The notes under the pieces are model-generated. The model had not been told where the DNA came from. It ran no database searches and was given only the letters and a program-made list of their open reading frames with translations. The position numbers were made by a program, and so were the translations under genes. Below are positions 62,701 through 64,000 of a DNA stretch of 64,000 nucleotides, piece after piece. Origin of the DNA: Orbicella franksi (Eukaryota); contig OZ116706.1 in NCBI GenBank assembly GCA_964199315.1, positions 27,466,001 through 27,530,000 on the forward strand. Reading direction: 5' to 3'. Each line of letters opens with the position of its first letter. Positions within the stretch are counted from its first letter, which is position 1.

Positions 62701-64000
62701 ACAACAGCATATCAATACAGAGCTGTCAGCACTTGACACTGAACATGAACGCCAGGGTAACTGCTCGTCCTGTGACAATCTTGATAAACCCGACCTGCAT
62801 AAGATGCCCAGCCAAGGGGAGGCATCAGAAGAAAGCAGCCCGGTATATCGTGTGGAGACTCTATCAAGACTTGCGTCCTTAGCTAACAATTGTACAGTTT
62901 CCCCCGTTGTTTCTTCGAGTGGAAGTGTCATGGACAGTCCCGCAGTTACTGAATCAGCAGATGTATCGAAGTCGTCAATCTCCCCGCTCTCGCACAATCT
63001 GTTAACAGACTGTCAGCCAATCACAGACCCGGTAAACCCTGCTTTTTTAAATGCTTCTTCCTTGGAGTCTAATGGAGACGCAGAGGAGAAGAGTGACTCG
63101 AGCAAGGAGCCCATTAAGGGAAAAATCACTTGTGAGGTAGAATTCCCCAACAGAAGGACGTCATTGCCTCTTACGCTCACTCTTGAAGATGACGTCACAG
63201 ACGCATACAGCGGAAGTGACGTGGAAAGACATGGAGAACCTTCTGGAGGCAATTCTATCCCTGCCCCTCCACCCTTGTCAGCACTTCTGGCGTCAGCTTC
63301 AAGAACGAAATTGAAAAGACGCGCAAGGTCCAACAGCGATCCAACTCAGCCAATCACAGACTCGGTGAACTCTCCCGAGGGAATCACTCTGAAACTGCCT
63401 CAGGAACCTAATCAGGTCGCCGGGGAACTGGAACCGAATGAGTCGTTACAAAGTGTTTCCAATGATAACTCTGGTCAAGAAAACATCACTTCAGACAAAG
63501 ATGTTTCCACTGACGCGCAGAACCTGTCTGACGTATCGGACGTGTCACCGAGTTCATCCGGGGACTCGCAGAATGACATGTCCGCCCAGCTGGAGTTTTT
63601 GAAAACGTGTTTCCCGGATGTGGGTAGTGATTTGATGAACGCGTTGTTAACCACTAATAGCGGCGATGTGATGAAAGTAGTTGATGAATTGCTGGCCAGT
63701 GGCAGTGCAGAAGAAAAATCGGCTGAAGACATAGAAGTGGCCGAAGAGAACGTTTCCTCAACTGAACTTTCAAACATTCCAAATTCGCCTCCATTGCCCG
63801 TGCATAACACACCCTTCAACGCTTCGAATGAAGAAGAGCAATCTCCACCACCCAAGGAAATGGGCGAGGTCATTGACCCCACTGGCGGGTTTAATCAACA
63901 AAACACTGATTCCCGTGAACATGGCGAGATTTCCAGCGACACTCCTCCTCAAGAGAACAGAGCAAGTCGTCCCAGGGATCTGGAACCCAGGCCTCTGACC
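54200..64000 (+). CDS. N4BP2: NEDD4-binding protein 2-like (CUE + P-loop polynucleotide kinase domain); runs off the window end
   Basis: Exons 54200-54389, 55292-56590, 56839-56959, 57741-57803, 58114-58169, 60052-60140, 61151-61227 and 62119->64000; GT-AG, phases consistent. MPRRK start, CUE-like IDPEVVQLVLSE, Walker A RGLPGSGKS, LSTDDYF, LGEAHEWNQ, PVIIDNTNTQAWEMKPYV, EPDTTWKW, RNQHGV; second CUE-like LEFLKTCFPD...GDVMKVVDELL near 63590-63695. Confidence 0.92.
58196..59162. mobile_element. Intronic MITE with ~26-bp TIRs
   Basis: TGGGCGATTCCAGAAAATATCCATAC ... GTATGGATATTTTCTGGAATTGCCCA. Confidence 0.75.
60411..60905. mobile_element. Tc1/mariner (pogo-like) MITE with TA TSD
   Basis: TA|CAATCGAACC ... 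GGTTTGACTG|TA; internal gtaagcgaccacc-type repeats. Confidence 0.7.
61801..62046. mobile_element. Short Harbinger-like MITE
   Basis: gggccaggttgttcaaag...taacccagg at left and cctgggttaac...cgaacaacccggtcc at right. Confidence 0.55.

Noticed and set aside
55509-63952. Antisense and off-frame ORFs over the N4BP2-like exons (likewise 6997-7574, 14133-14875, 44363-44834)
   Set aside because: Shadows of real coding exons with no independent motifs.

Overview
AT-rich animal genomic DNA with spliceosomal introns and five assembly N-gaps (2565-2764, 3588-3732, 4357-4505, 25765-25963, 52166-52365). The repeat families and gene style suggest a stony coral or other anthozoan (inference). All exon models and alignments were made by eye and from memory; no searches were run. 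Genes: two TIMP-fold genes that both lack the inhibitory Cys1 (exon 1 only at 780-885 minus; a two-exon copy at 38008-39609 plus, frameshifted at the Cys99-equivalent codon), an intronless Myb/SANT-like gene (6724-7863), an orphan class A GPCR (13978-14895 minus), a fragmented WDR5-like pseudogene (about 24253-26960), a 9-exon MFSD12-like transporter (41674-49509 minus), tRNA-Glu(TTC) (51410-51481) and the 5' part of an N4BP2-like gene (54200 to window end). The rest is dense in non-autonomous transposons: a ~1.07 kb foldback palindrome with a 10-bp TSD, TTAA-, TAA- and TA-flanked MITEs, tRNA-derived SINEs and a Penelope fragment. Best leads: (1) TIMP-fold proteins apparently repurposed away from metalloprotease inhibition; (2) the MFSD12-like protein with a ~280-aa central loop carrying a duplicated NEFSFSNPAF motif that differs only at synonymous sites, and a last exon whose polypyrimidine tract appears to come from a SINE tail; (3) two insertions flanked by unusually long (174 and ~330 bp) direct repeats.
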